Origin: Pelagibacterales bacterium SAG-MED05
GTDB taxonomy: Bacteria; Pseudomonadota; Alphaproteobacteria; Pelagibacterales; Pelagibacteraceae
Direction: 5' to 3'
Length of the DNA stretch: 64,000 nucleotides
Assembly (NCBI GenBank): GCA_014654415.1
Contig: JACWDC010000002.1
Coordinates: forward strand, 71,841 to 135,840
Shown: positions 54,044 through 64,000 of the stretch, piece by piece
How the letters are laid out: each line of letters opens with the position of its first letter
How positions within the stretch are numbered: position 1 is the stretch's first letter
Program-made: the position numbers and the translations under genes
The notes under the pieces: model-generated
The model's input: the letters and a program-made list of their open reading frames with translations, nothing else
Database searches by the model: none
Told to the model about the DNA's origin: nothing

Positions 54044-54698
54044 TATTAATAAGTACTTTTTTTATTAAATTAATATTTATCGATTTGCCAGAAGATAAAG
54101 ATAAATCATCAATTTCTTTTACAAATTTGAACACTTTTTCATATGAACGTTCTATATTCTTAATAATATATTCAGAAATTTTAGGACTTATCTCTATTTG
54201 CTTGTCTGAAAAAGATTTAGATATTATTACTTGTAATAAATCGTCAGTTGGCAACTCAATGCCTAAACTAACAAAACTATCAGCTCTTGATTTTAAATCT
54301 CTTAATTCAAGTTTCATATTTTTGATTGGTGAATAAGAATTCACAACAATATACTTATCAAGTTGTTTAAAATGATTTAATATTGAATAAAGAAAATTTT
54401 CATCAATATTGTTTTCATAATTATCTATTATTAAACAATCTAATTTGTCAAATTTAGATATCTTTTCTTCATCTATTTTTTTTGCATCAAATATTTCAAC
54501 AACACTGATTTTTTTTTTTAAAATATTAGAAAGATGTGTTTTACCGCAACCTTTAGGACCGTATATATTTACCCATTTGTCAGGCCAATTAGGCCAACTC
54601 TCTATTAATCTATACGCTGCAAAATTATTGCTAGAAACATAATAATCTTGCTCATAATATTTCGTTTTAAAAGGAAATTTAAATACAAGTTGGCTCAT
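54036..54698 (-). CDS. hda: DnaA regulatory inactivator Hda/HdaA-like protein
   Basis: N-terminal QLVF clamp-binding motif, VSSNN..A, GPKGCGKTHL, DLKSR, ERS. Confidence 0.82.
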   Translation of the reverse strand: MSQLVFKFPFKTKYYEQDYYVSSNNFAAYRLIESWPNWPDKWVNIYGPKGCGKTHLSNILKKKISVVEIFDAKKIDEEKISKFDKLDCLIIDNYENNIDENFLYSILNHFKQLDKYIVVNSYSPIKNMKLELRDLKSRADSFVSLGIELPTDDLLQVIISKSFSDKQIEISPKISEYIIKNIERSYEKVFKFVKEIDDLSLSSGKSININLIKKVLINNE

Positions 54699-55735
54699 TA
54701 GATTATATTAAGATGCCACTGACCTTGCCTCATATTCAAATCAATATTTTGATCTTTGAGTCTATCTATAATTTTATTAATTTTACCAAGATATTTGATT
54801 TTTACTAAAACATAATCTTTGTTTAATTCTTGAACATAAAAATTATCAATTAAATCTATCTTTTTTAATCTATTGTTAAATTCGACTAAATTACTTTTAT
54901 TATTAAGTCTTATTTCTGCGTTTAAAAAAGAAGGAATTCTTACATCTATTAAATTTTGTGATTTAATTAAATCTCTTATTACGTTCTTAATTTCTAAAAT
55001 AATTGTATTATTGAATTGTTCTTGATTTAAATTTGGATTAGTTATCAATAGATTTTTATTCAATTTTTTACCTGCAGTTTTAATATTTAAGAAAACTTTT
55101 GCAACATCTTGATTAATATTAATGGCGACGAATGCCTTATTTTCTGAATTATACTCTTTAAAAAAATCTTCTATATTCATCTTATATATATTTTCTCTAT
55201 TTTGTTTTATCTTTTCAATACTTTCTATATTCTCTGTTGGTAAAGTATATTGAATTAAATCCTTTGAGCTTTCTTTATTCCAATTTTCATAAAAATAATT
55301 TTTTGTATATATAAAAAATTTTTTGTCATTTATTAAAAGAGGAAATATTATCATGTCTGTATTAACAATATCTGAATAAAGAATGTTTTTTTGATAAAAG
55401 AAATTGTGAATCTTATCTTTATCAAAAAAAATATTAAAGCTTATACTTTGATTTTCTTCTTTTTCTTTACTTTTTATTTGATAATAAGAAATTAATCTTT
55501 TTATTTGATTTAAATTAGTAGTCGAAACTTTTTTGTAATCTTCCTCTAGCAAAAGCCTATTTATTAACTCTTTAAATCCTTTCTTAAAAGCTTGATTTGC
55601 TAATTTTTCTTTATTTGTAGAAATTTCTTTGCTTATCTCAACATTATTAACATTAAATATGTTGTTATCTGATAAAACATTTCCAGTTTCAAATAAAATA
55701 ATTAATATAGAACATATAAATATTAAATTTTTCAT
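54698..55735 (-). CDS. Exported hypothetical protein (DUF2066-like position)
   Basis: 345-aa ORF with N-terminal signal-like segment; sits between purM and hda as in other alphaproteobacteria. Confidence 0.55.
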   Translation of the reverse strand: MKNLIFICSILIILFETGNVLSDNNIFNVNNVEISKEISTNKEKLANQAFKKGFKELINRLLLEEDYKKVSTTNLNQIKRLISYYQIKSKEKEENQSISFNIFFDKDKIHNFFYQKNILYSDIVNTDMIIFPLLINDKKFFIYTKNYFYENWNKESSKDLIQYTLPTENIESIEKIKQNRENIYKMNIEDFFKEYNSENKAFVAININQDVAKVFLNIKTAGKKLNKNLLITNPNLNQEQFNNTIILEIKNVIRDLIKSQNLIDVRIPSFLNAEIRLNNKSNLVEFNNRLKKIDLIDNFYVQELNKDYVLVKIKYLGKINKIIDRLKDQNIDLNMRQGQWHLNII

Positions 55736-55760
55736 AGTTAGCTAATTATCATTTTTATTA

Positions 55761-56792
55761 ATGAAAAAAACACAAAATAGTTATAAAAAAAGTGGCGTAA
55801 ATATTTCTATTGCCAACAAATTTGTAAATCACATTGCAAAAGTAACAAAAAAAAATGACCAAAAAACGAATAACTTATTTAACTCTAGTAATATAGGTGC
55901 TTTTGGTTCAATTTTTGACATAAGTAATATTAAAATTAAAGACCCAGTTATAGTCTCTTGTACAGATGGCGTAGGAACTAAACTAGATTTAGCCAGCAAA
56001 TATAAAAAATTTGACACTATCGGAATTGATTTGGTGGCTATGTGCGTGAATGATTTGATTGTTCAAGGTGCTAAACCATTATTTTTTTTAGATTATATAG
56101 CTTTAGGAAAATTAGAACTTAAGAAAACAAAAAATATTTTAAAAGGTATTTTACAAGGTTGTAAGATTTCAAATTGTAAGCTTATTGGGGGAGAAACAGC
56201 AGAAATGCCGGGCATATATTTAAAAAATAAATTTGATTTAGCAGGATTTAGTGTAGGAATTGTTTCTAAAAAAAAAATTTTAAACAAAAAAAATGTTAAA
56301 AAAAATGATTTAATTTTTGCCATTCCCTCTAATGGTATTCACTCGAATGGCTATTCACTAGTAAGATCGATTTTAAAAAATAATAAAATAACAAAAAATT
56401 TAAAAAAAGAATTATTGAGACCGACCAAAATTTATACAAAAGAGATATTGCAATTAGTAAATAAAAATTTAATCAATTCTGCAGCTCATATTACTGGCGG
56501 AGGTTTAGTTGAAAATATAACTAGATCTATACCGAATAATTTATCCATTAATGTCGATCTGTCCAAAATTAAAACAAAAAAAATATTTAAATGGTTAAAA
56601 TCAAAAAATATCTCAGATCTAGAAATGCTGAGAACTTTTAATTGTGGCGTTGGTTTTTGTATAATAATAAATAAAAAAAACATTAAAAAAGTTAAAAAAT
56701 ATTTTAGTAGAGATTTTATGCCTTACGAAATTGGATATATATCAAAAAATTCTACAAAAAAAATAAATTTTTTTAATTCTATTAAATGGTAA
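55761..56792 (+). CDS. purM: Phosphoribosylformylglycinamidine cyclo-ligase
   Basis: TDGVGTK, DLVAMCVND, GGETAEMPG, HSNGYSL, HITGGG, TFNCG. Confidence 0.97.
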   Translation: MKKTQNSYKKSGVNISIANKFVNHIAKVTKKNDQKTNNLFNSSNIGAFGSIFDISNIKIKDPVIVSCTDGVGTKLDLASKYKKFDTIGIDLVAMCVNDLIVQGAKPLFFLDYIALGKLELKKTKNILKGILQGCKISNCKLIGGETAEMPGIYLKNKFDLAGFSVGIVSKKKILNKKNVKKNDLIFAIPSNGIHSNGYSLVRSILKNNKITKNLKKELLRPTKIYTKEILQLVNKNLINSAAHITGGGLVENITRSIPNNLSINVDLSKIKTKKIFKWLKSKNISDLEMLRTFNCGVGFCIIINKKNIKKVKKYFSRDFMPYEIGYISKNSTKKINFFNSIKW

Positions 56793-57349
56793 AAAAAAGA
56801 ACTTGCATTTTTATATCTGGATATGGATCGAATTTAAGATATCTGATAAATAATTCAAGAAATCAAAATTTTCCAATCAAAATATGCCTTGTGGTCTCCA
56901 ACAACAAAAAAGCGAAAGGAATTTTATATGCTAAAAAAAATTCTATTCCATATTTGATAATAAATACCAATAAAAGAAATTTTGAAAATATAATTCTTAA
57001 AGAATTAAAAAAATATAAAATATCTCTTATTTGTTTAGCTGGATATATGAAAATTATTTCAAAAAAATTTATAAACGCTTTTGGAAAAACGATAATTAAT
57101 ATCCACCCATCTTTGCTTCCAAAATTTAAGGGTTTAAATACTTTTAAAAGAGTTTTAATAGATAAAGAAAAGAAAACAGGATGCACAGTTCATTTTGTAA
57201 ATGAAAAATTAGACAGTGGAACAAATATAGTTCAGAAAAGTTTCTTTATTGACAAAAAAGATAATGAAACAATGTTAAAAAATAAAACTCAAAAACTAGA
57301 GCATAGAGCGTTCTCAGAAGCTATTATAAAGATTTTTAGATATAACTAA
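56786..57349 (+). CDS. purN: Phosphoribosylglycinamide formyltransferase
   Basis: ISG.GSN, LAGYMKI, NIHPSLLP, GCTVHFV..LDSG. Confidence 0.96.
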   Translation: MVKKRTCIFISGYGSNLRYLINNSRNQNFPIKICLVVSNNKKAKGILYAKKNSIPYLIINTNKRNFENIILKELKKYKISLICLAGYMKIISKKFINAFGKTIINIHPSLLPKFKGLNTFKRVLIDKEKKTGCTVHFVNEKLDSGTNIVQKSFFIDKKDNETMLKNKTQKLEHRAFSEAIIKIFRYN

Positions 57350-57756
57350 TTTTTAAAAAAAAATTTAATTTCTTTTTTAGCGTTATCAATTGAGTCAGAT
57401 CCATGAACTGAATTTTTGTCTATGGACATTCCATAAAGTTTTCTAATAGTGTTTTCTTTTGCTTGTTTTGGATCTGTAGCACCCATTAGTTCTCTATTTA
57501 ATAATACAGCGTTTTTACCCTCTAAAATCATTACTACTATTGGTCCCGATGACAAATATGAGCATAAATCATCATAAAAAGGTTTAGTTTGGTGAACTTT
57601 GTAAAATTCCGCTGCTTCTTCTTTTGTAATATGAATTTTCTTATTTTCTTTAATTATTAAATTATTCTTAGCAAAAATTGATTTAATTTTTTCAATCAAA
57701 TTTCTCTCAACAGCATCGGGTTTTATTATTGAAAGAGTTTGTTCAACGTTATTCAT
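57346..57756 (-). CDS. ndk: Nucleoside diphosphate kinase
   Basis: TLSIIKPDA, SGP, NSVHGSDS. Confidence 0.97.
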   Translation of the reverse strand: MNNVEQTLSIIKPDAVERNLIEKIKSIFAKNNLIIKENKKIHITKEEAAEFYKVHQTKPFYDDLCSYLSSGPIVVMILEGKNAVLLNRELMGATDPKQAKENTIRKLYGMSIDKNSVHGSDSIDNAKKEIKFFFKN

Positions 57757-59206
57757 AATATTCCTCTATTAGCTGGTTTAATAATCTTACTCCAAATCCA
57801 GTTGCACCACCTGAGTTTAAAGCACCTCCGTATTTTGAAAAAGCCATACCAGCAATGTCTAAATGAGCCCAAGGTGTTTTATTTAAAATAAATCTTTGCA
57901 AAAATTGAGCAGCTGTTGTTGATCCTGCTCCTCCAACATAATTTATATTTTGCATATCAGCATTTTTAGAATTCATAAGTTTATCATAATTTTTATGAAG
58001 AGGCATTCTCCATAGTTTTTCTTCTACCTTTTCACCAGCATTTATAATTTGATTAGATAACTTATCATCGTTTGAAAAAAGCCCAGCATATTCAGATCCT
58101 AAAGAAACTATTATTGCACCCGTCAATGTTGCTAAGTCAACCATAAATTTTGGTTTGAATTTTTTTTCTGTAAAAGTTATTGCATCAGCTAAAACTAATC
58201 TGCCTTCAGCATCTGTGTTTAATACTTCTATAGTTTTACCGCTATAAGATTTGACAATATCTCCAGGTCTTTGGGCAATCCCGCTCACCATATTCTCCAC
58301 GAGTCCTACAACACCTACAGCATTAACTTTTGCTTTTCTTAATGCTAAGTTTTTCATTAAACCAACTACTGCTGCAGAGCCAGCCATATCATAGGTCATG
58401 TCTTCCATAAATCTAGCAGGTTTTAATGAATATCCACCAGTGTCGAAAGTAACTCCTTTTCCTACAAATGCTAAAGGTTTAGAATTGTTTTTTGCTCCAT
58501 TCCATTCCATAGTCACAAGATATGAGCCTCTAACACTTCCCATGCCTACACCAAGCAAAGCATGCATACCAAGTTTTTTTAATTTTTTTTCGTCATATAT
58601 ATTTACTTTTAAACCGTCTTTCTTAAGTGAGTTTAACCTTTTTGCATATTCATCAGGATGTAGAATGTTCCCTGGTTCTGAAACTAAATCTCTTGCATAA
58701 AAAGTTCCTTCCTCTAAAGCTTTAAATTTTAATTGATTTTGATGTGAGGGTTTATTTTTGTTTCCCAATACATTAATAGAAATAAGTCTTGTTTCTTTTT
58801 TTGTTTTATACTTTTTAAATTCATAAGATTTTAATTTTAGACCATGAAGAAAATGACCTAAGAAATTATCATATTTACCTACTATGCTATCAGAAATTAT
58901 AAAGTATTCGCTATTCTTTCCATAGTTAATACGTCCAAAAAATTCTGCTCCTAGACTCTCTGAGTCAGAGGTCTTTAAGTTATTTTTAATTGATATTAAA
59001 ACTATCTTTTTTTTTGAATTGAGTTCAAAAACAAATAAATTTTTTTTTAAATCAATAGTTTTTAATAGATCATTTATGTAAGAAAACTCAGAATTAGAAA
59101 GATACTTTTTTAAGCCACTAGTGTTGAATTTATCATTAGAAAATAAAACTAGATTGGCCGAAGACTTGCCGCTAATCTTGTTCAAATATTTAATTTTAAT
59201 AGACAT
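57749..59206 (-). CDS. pepA: Leucyl aminopeptidase (M17)
   Basis: VGKGVTFDTGG, DMAGSA, NTDAEGRLVLAD, DLATLTGA, HLDIAG; start probably MSIKIK. Confidence 0.95.
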   Translation of the reverse strand: MSIKIKYLNKISGKSSANLVLFSNDKFNTSGLKKYLSNSEFSYINDLLKTIDLKKNLFVFELNSKKKIVLISIKNNLKTSDSESLGAEFFGRINYGKNSEYFIISDSIVGKYDNFLGHFLHGLKLKSYEFKKYKTKKETRLISINVLGNKNKPSHQNQLKFKALEEGTFYARDLVSEPGNILHPDEYAKRLNSLKKDGLKVNIYDEKKLKKLGMHALLGVGMGSVRGSYLVTMEWNGAKNNSKPLAFVGKGVTFDTGGYSLKPARFMEDMTYDMAGSAAVVGLMKNLALRKAKVNAVGVVGLVENMVSGIAQRPGDIVKSYSGKTIEVLNTDAEGRLVLADAITFTEKKFKPKFMVDLATLTGAIIVSLGSEYAGLFSNDDKLSNQIINAGEKVEEKLWRMPLHKNYDKLMNSKNADMQNINYVGGAGSTTAAQFLQRFILNKTPWAHLDIAGMAFSKYGGALNSGGATGFGVRLLNQLIEEYYE

Positions 59207-59348
59207 AAATTTTTTAATAAACTCCAATAGAGTTGAGTGCTATATATGTACAAATATATCAGATTTCAATGGGAAATCGGTCATAGTTAAACCATAGATT
59301 GAATTTTATCCAAGGTTGCTTTAGTTATATACATTAAATTAAATTGCA

Positions 59349-60491
59349 ATGCTACAAAACAAAATTTATCGAAATTTTATCAAAGAAATACTAAAAACTT
59401 TTTTAGTTATATTATTTGGCTTAACAATAATTGCATGGACTGTAAGAGCAGTAAATTTTTTAGATTTAATTGTAGAAAGTGGTTATTCGATCGCAACATA
59501 TTTTCAGTATTCAGCTCTAAACTTGTTGGGTATATTGACAAAGTTTATTCCTTTATCCTTTTTGTTGTCTCTAATATTTTTTATTATAAAAAAAATTCAA
59601 GAAAAAGAATTCACAATATTATGGACATCTGGAATTAAAAAATTAACAATAGTTAATCTTTTCTTTGTAGTTTCCTTATTTATTTTATTTTTGTATTTAA
59701 TTTTTTCTACTTTAATAACGCCAATAGCTTTACAGAAGTCTAGATCTTTATTAAACGAAGAAAATTTTAATTCATTTTTACCTACAATAAGAATTCAACA
59801 ATTTAGCGACTCATTTAAAGGATTCACTTTCTTCGTTGAAAACAAAAAAAATAATAAAATCGACAATGTATTTATTCATGACGAATCTAATGTATTAAAA
59901 AATTTAACATCTGATCAATCAGATAAAAATTCGACGACAATAGTTGCTGAAAATGGAATAATTCAAGAAAGAAAAAAATTAATATTATTCAATGGACAAA
60001 TTATATCAACTCAAAAAGAAAATTTAAAAAATAATATAATAAAATTTTCACAACTTAATATCAATTTAGAAAATCTTTCTACAAGTACAATTAAAACTCC
60101 AAAATTACAAGAAACGCCTACGTATGATCTTTTACAATGTATCTTGCAATCATATCCAGAAAAAATTCTCAATTGTAAAAAAAGTGCTGAAAATGAAATC
60201 AAAACTGTACTAAATAGAAGGTTTGTTCTTCCTTTTTATATTCCTATAATTTCTCTTTTATGTTCTTGTTTAATAATAAAAATTGAAAGGAAAAAAAATT
60301 ATTTTTTAAATAAATATACTGTCTTTATTTTAAGTTTTTTTATTTTACTTTATGCAGAATTAATTGTTCGATACACTGGTATTTCAAAAATTGTTAATAT
60401 TTTATTTGTAATCTCTCCATTTATTTTAATTCCGATAATTTATTTATTACTAATTTATAAATTTTCAAAGGAGTCTATTCTATCAAAATGA
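59349..60491 (+). CDS. lptF: LPS export permease LptF
   Basis: YjgP/YjgQ topology (3 TM, periplasmic domain, 3 TM); first of a tandem pair before lptD. Confidence 0.8.
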   Translation: MLQNKIYRNFIKEILKTFLVILFGLTIIAWTVRAVNFLDLIVESGYSIATYFQYSALNLLGILTKFIPLSFLLSLIFFIIKKIQEKEFTILWTSGIKKLTIVNLFFVVSLFILFLYLIFSTLITPIALQKSRSLLNEENFNSFLPTIRIQQFSDSFKGFTFFVENKKNNKIDNVFIHDESNVLKNLTSDQSDKNSTTIVAENGIIQERKKLILFNGQIISTQKENLKNNIIKFSQLNINLENLSTSTIKTPKLQETPTYDLLQCILQSYPEKILNCKKSAENEIKTVLNRRFVLPFYIPIISLLCSCLIIKIERKKNYFLNKYTVFILSFFILLYAELIVRYTGISKIVNILFVISPFILIPIIYLLLIYKFSKESILSK

Positions 60492-61576
60492 TTAAAGTTT
60501 TATCACAATATTTGTTACAAGGTTATTTTAAAAGAATTTTTAAAGTTGTTTTAATCTTTTACTGTTTTGGTTTAATTTTAAATTTATTTGAAGAAATTGA
60601 ATTTTTTAAAAATTTGAACGTAACAATATTAATTCCAATATCTCTTACTGCGGTGTTTATTCCAAGTTTAATAATAAAAATGTTACCTTTTATTATTTTT
60701 ATTTCAAGCTTATGGTTTCTTTTAGATTTAAGAAATAGTAAAGATCTCTTAACTTTAAAAGTATTTGGATACTCAAATTTTAAAATATTTTTTATATTGG
60801 CTATAACTTCTTTTGTTTTTGGTTGGATAATATTATTTACAATAAATCCTCTTACATCTTCTATGGTTAAATATTATGAAAAAACCAAGTCAGAATACTC
60901 AAAAGATATAGACCATCTAGTTTCAATCAATAAAAATGGACTTTGGACTAAAGAAAATTTAAAAGCTGGACACCGTATTATTTCGGCAGAGGAGATAAAA
61001 AATAATGTTCTAAAAAAAATAACAATTTTTGATTTGGATAATGATTATAACTTAATTCAGAAAATTTATTCTAAAACTGCAGATATATCAAAAAATAAAT
61101 GGGATCTTAATGAAGTTCTAATTATCAAATTTAATGATGGAATAGTTCAAGAAGATTATAGGGATAACTATTCAATATTCTCAAAATATGATGATGAAAA
61201 AATCAATAGTTTATTCAGTAATTTTGATACAATGTCTTTTTTAGATTTGATTTTAAATTACCAAGACCTACAAAATAAAGGTTACAATAAATCCTATTTA
61301 GACCAAAATCTAAATTCAATGCTATCTTTGCCATTCTTCTTATTTATGATGACAGCATTGGCTTCTATACTAACAATGAATACTTTAAAACAATCAAATA
61401 ATTTCACTTTTATATTAGCTGGCCTTATAGCTTGCGTTGCTGTCTATTATTTTAAAGATTTATCATTAGCTTTAGGTAAAACTGATAGAGTTTCTTTATC
61501 CCTAGCAGCTTGGATTCCAGTTGCTGTCATTGGTTTATTTGGTTCAATAGGAATTTTACAAATAAATGAAAAATAA
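60488..61576 (+). CDS. lptG: LPS export permease LptG
   Basis: YjgP/YjgQ topology, C-terminal LAAWIP motif. Confidence 0.8.
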   Translation: MIKVLSQYLLQGYFKRIFKVVLIFYCFGLILNLFEEIEFFKNLNVTILIPISLTAVFIPSLIIKMLPFIIFISSLWFLLDLRNSKDLLTLKVFGYSNFKIFFILAITSFVFGWIILFTINPLTSSMVKYYEKTKSEYSKDIDHLVSINKNGLWTKENLKAGHRIISAEEIKNNVLKKITIFDLDNDYNLIQKIYSKTADISKNKWDLNEVLIIKFNDGIVQEDYRDNYSIFSKYDDEKINSLFSNFDTMSFLDLILNYQDLQNKGYNKSYLDQNLNSMLSLPFFLFMMTALASILTMNTLKQSNNFTFILAGLIACVAVYYFKDLSLALGKTDRVSLSLAAWIPVAVIGLFGSIGILQINEK

Positions 61577-63878
61577 ATTTTTAACAGCTTTGATTTTAAT
61601 GTTCTTTTTTCAACCATTGATAGGTGAAAATCTTAACATTCAATCCTCTGAGATTTCTATAGATAAAAAGAGTCGTTTAACTATTTTTAAAGGTGACGTT
61701 GTAGCCACAGATTATAAAAATAATGTGTTTAAATCAGAATATGCTGAATATAAAAAAAATCTTAAATTTTTAAAAAGTAAAGGAGAAACTACAATTCTAA
61801 CCTCAGAAGGTTACTTGCTTACAGGTACAAACATCATATTTGATAATGAAAACAAATATATAAAATCTACTGATAAAGCTACTATAAAAGATTTAGAAAA
61901 TAATAATATATATTTAGAAAACTTTGAATATTCTACTGAAAATAATTTTTTTAGATCTACTGGTAAAATTAAAATTATCGATGTTAAAGAAAACTCATAT
62001 AACTTTTCTCAAATATATATAGATGAAAAAAAAAGAGAAATCATTGGAGCAGATATAAAAGCTTTTTTAAATCAAGAAAATTTTAAAATTGATACTAATA
62101 ATAAACCTCGTGTTTTTGCTAATACAGTGAAAATTGATAATCAAAACACTGAGTTTACTAAAAGTATTTTTACTTTATGCAATTATAGGGAAAAAGATAA
62201 GTGTCCTCCCTGGTCTTTAAATGCAAGTAAAATGAGACACAATAAAAAGAGCAAAACTATCTATTATGACAATGCGGTAATCAAAGTGTATGACTTACCT
62301 ATCTTTTACTTACCAAGACTATCACATCCTGACCCTTCCGTAGATCGTAGATCTGGTTTTTTGCCTCCATCCTTTTCAGATACAAAAAATTTAGGAGCAG
62401 GATTAGAAATTCCGTATTTTTGGAATTTAGATAAAGATAAAGATTTTACTTTGAAAAGTAGATTGTTTGCATCTGAACATCCTCTATTTTCAGGAGAATA
62501 CCGTCAAGCATTTAAAGAGTCTGACTTAATTTTAAATGTTGGTTTTACCGAAGGATACAAAAATACAAGTGAAACAAAAAGAAGTGGTAGTAAATCTCAT
62601 TTTTTTTCACAATTTGTTAAGAAGTTTAAAGGCAAGAAAGGATCAGATAATGAGTTTAAATTATCATTACAAAAAGTCTCTAATAAGAAATATCTCAAAC
62701 TATATAAAATTAATAACAACTTAGTTGATTATCAAAATGATAGATTGGAAAATTCTTTAAATTTTTCACATGAAAATGAAGACCTTTTTTTTGGTCTTCA
62801 GGCAAGTGCGTTTGAGGATTTAACAGAAAATAACGCCAATGATGAGTATGAATACATTCTGCCGGATATAATATTAGATAAAAATTTATTTAGTAACAAT
62901 AAGTATGGGTATGCTGACTTACAGTCTAATTTAATTTTTCACAATTATGAAACTAACAAATTTACAAAATTTTTTATTAACGATATTGACTGGAAATATA
63001 AACAAACTAATTATCAATCTGGTTTAAAAGGACGTTTGCTAGGCAAGTTAAAAAATGTGAACTATGAAGCCAAAAATACTTCAATTTATAAGACCGATAC
63101 TACCCATGAAGTATTTGGGGCAATAGGTTATTTAAGTGAAATAAACCTTTTCAAAAAAATTAATGAAAATTCAAAGAGTTTTTTGACACCTAAAATGTTG
63201 TTGAGATATGCTCCAGGTCATATGAGAGAAGAAACAGATAAAACAAGATTAAATCACTCAAATGTATTCACTTTAGATCGATTAAATACTAACAAAAATT
63301 TTGAAAGTGGATTAAGTACAACTTTAGGATTTGATTATGAATTAGAAGATTCTAATAAAAAACTGGATTTTTCAATAGCTCAAATAATAAATGAAAAAGA
63401 AAATAAAGATATGCCTTCTTCTTCAAGCTTAGATCAAAGATTTTCAGATGTAATTGGACATTCAAAACTAGAGGTTAATGAGAATATAGAATTAAGCTAT
63501 AATTTTGCTTTAGATCAAAACTACGGAAAACTTAATTATAATGAACTTGGCACAAGTATAAATTTTAATCCAATAAAATTTGATCTTAATTATTTACAAG
63601 AAAAAGAACATATAGGAAACCAAGAGTATTTTAAAGGTAAAGTAGGTTTTGCTCCAAATAAATATGGTCTTTTTTCTGCAGAAACAAAAAGGAACTTAAT
63701 TACAAATTCTGCTGAATATTACAATTTAAGTTACGAATATACAAACGATTGCTTGAGAGCAGGCTTGGTATACAGAAGAGAATTTTACAATGACTCTGAG
63801 CTAGAACCTGAAGACTCATTAATGTTTAAAATTACACTAACTCCATTTGGAGATATCAATTCACCTTCTTTCAATTAA
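61566..63878 (+). CDS. lptD: LPS-assembly protein LptD
   Basis: FTLC...CPPW, PIFYLP, RRSGFL.P, Y.NDC; beta-barrel-like C-terminus. Confidence 0.9.
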   Translation: MKNKFLTALILMFFFQPLIGENLNIQSSEISIDKKSRLTIFKGDVVATDYKNNVFKSEYAEYKKNLKFLKSKGETTILTSEGYLLTGTNIIFDNENKYIKSTDKATIKDLENNNIYLENFEYSTENNFFRSTGKIKIIDVKENSYNFSQIYIDEKKREIIGADIKAFLNQENFKIDTNNKPRVFANTVKIDNQNTEFTKSIFTLCNYREKDKCPPWSLNASKMRHNKKSKTIYYDNAVIKVYDLPIFYLPRLSHPDPSVDRRSGFLPPSFSDTKNLGAGLEIPYFWNLDKDKDFTLKSRLFASEHPLFSGEYRQAFKESDLILNVGFTEGYKNTSETKRSGSKSHFFSQFVKKFKGKKGSDNEFKLSLQKVSNKKYLKLYKINNNLVDYQNDRLENSLNFSHENEDLFFGLQASAFEDLTENNANDEYEYILPDIILDKNLFSNNKYGYADLQSNLIFHNYETNKFTKFFINDIDWKYKQTNYQSGLKGRLLGKLKNVNYEAKNTSIYKTDTTHEVFGAIGYLSEINLFKKINENSKSFLTPKMLLRYAPGHMREETDKTRLNHSNVFTLDRLNTNKNFESGLSTTLGFDYELEDSNKKLDFSIAQIINEKENKDMPSSSSLDQRFSDVIGHSKLEVNENIELSYNFALDQNYGKLNYNELGTSINFNPIKFDLNYLQEKEHIGNQEYFKGKVGFAPNKYGLFSAETKRNLITNSAEYYNLSYEYTNDCLRAGLVYRREFYNDSELEPEDSLMFKITLTPFGDINSPSFN

Positions 63879-64000
63879 TGAAGCAATTAATATTTTTTTT
63901 AATTATAATTATGTTTAAAGAAAACATTTCTTTTGCCTCAATTCAAAATAAAATTTTAGTAAATATTGGAAATCAAATCATCACTTCTTATGAATTAAAA
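63878..64000 (+). CDS. surA: SurA-like periplasmic chaperone (5' part, runs off window)
   Basis: ATG overlaps the lptD stop; MKQLIFFLIII...NKILVNIGNQIITSYEL resembles a SurA N-terminus; lptD-surA synteny. Confidence 0.7.
   Translation, partial: MKQLIFFLIIIMFKENISFASIQNKILVNIGNQIITSYELK

Noticed and set aside
57740-57760. No holC between pepA and ndk
   Set aside because: The gene could lie elsewhere; absence from one window says little.
59235-59272. TTGAAA...ATATAT promoter-like motif upstream of pepA, and a similar CTTGAAA upstream of glnA
   Set aside because: Plausible, but the -10 match or spacing is imperfect and such motifs arise easily in very AT-rich DNA.
14-62724. Many short (60-125 aa) ORFs antisense to or nested in long genes, e.g. 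780-1061, 11454-11813, 44028-44402, 53986-54336
   Set aside because: They are shadows of well-supported genes, with no recognisable motifs and the composition expected of antisense frames.
1-64000. CRISPR arrays, IS elements, rRNA, riboswitches, long tandem repeats, clear Rho-independent terminators
   Set aside because: None seen by eye. Intergenic spaces are very short and many convergent genes overlap. A covariance-model scan would be needed to exclude small RNAs in 8882-9024, 45308-45453 and 59207-59348.

Overview
A very AT-rich, densely packed alphaproteobacterial chromosome segment. Gene content, synteny and the near-absence of intergenic DNA point to SAR11 / Candidatus Pelagibacter (inference). 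Core content: nuoA-K, tRNA-Val/Asp/Leu, tig-clpP-clpX-lon, glnA, an iscR-suf operon, anmK/tyrS, prfB with its programmed +1 frameshift, PBP1a, RNase E, thiSG, aroQ-accBC, aspS, hda, purMN, ndk, pepA and lptFGD-surA. Two accessory glycan loci interrupt the core. The first (9.8-13.3 kb) is an SDR-cupin-C-methyltransferase triple fusion divergent from a GT17-like gene. The second (19.2-26.8 kb) is the best candidate for an undescribed system. It is a tightly coupled operon of AraD, a GtrA-flippase/Rpe fusion, a Pol-beta-type nucleotidyltransferase/histidine-phosphatase fusion, a 2H phosphoesterase, a sugar nucleotidyltransferase, a GT2 and a PLC/GDPD-like phosphodiesterase, converging on a GT-C-like membrane protein. 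It reads as a pathway for pentulose (ketopentose) activation and lipid-linked surface glycosylation. Other oddities: an orphan NrdJ C-terminal (TSCPD) gene, an RNase E without its Zn-link, and three homopolymer frameshifts (one in essential tyrS) that are probably sequencing errors. All protein calls come from motif recognition by eye; no database search was run.
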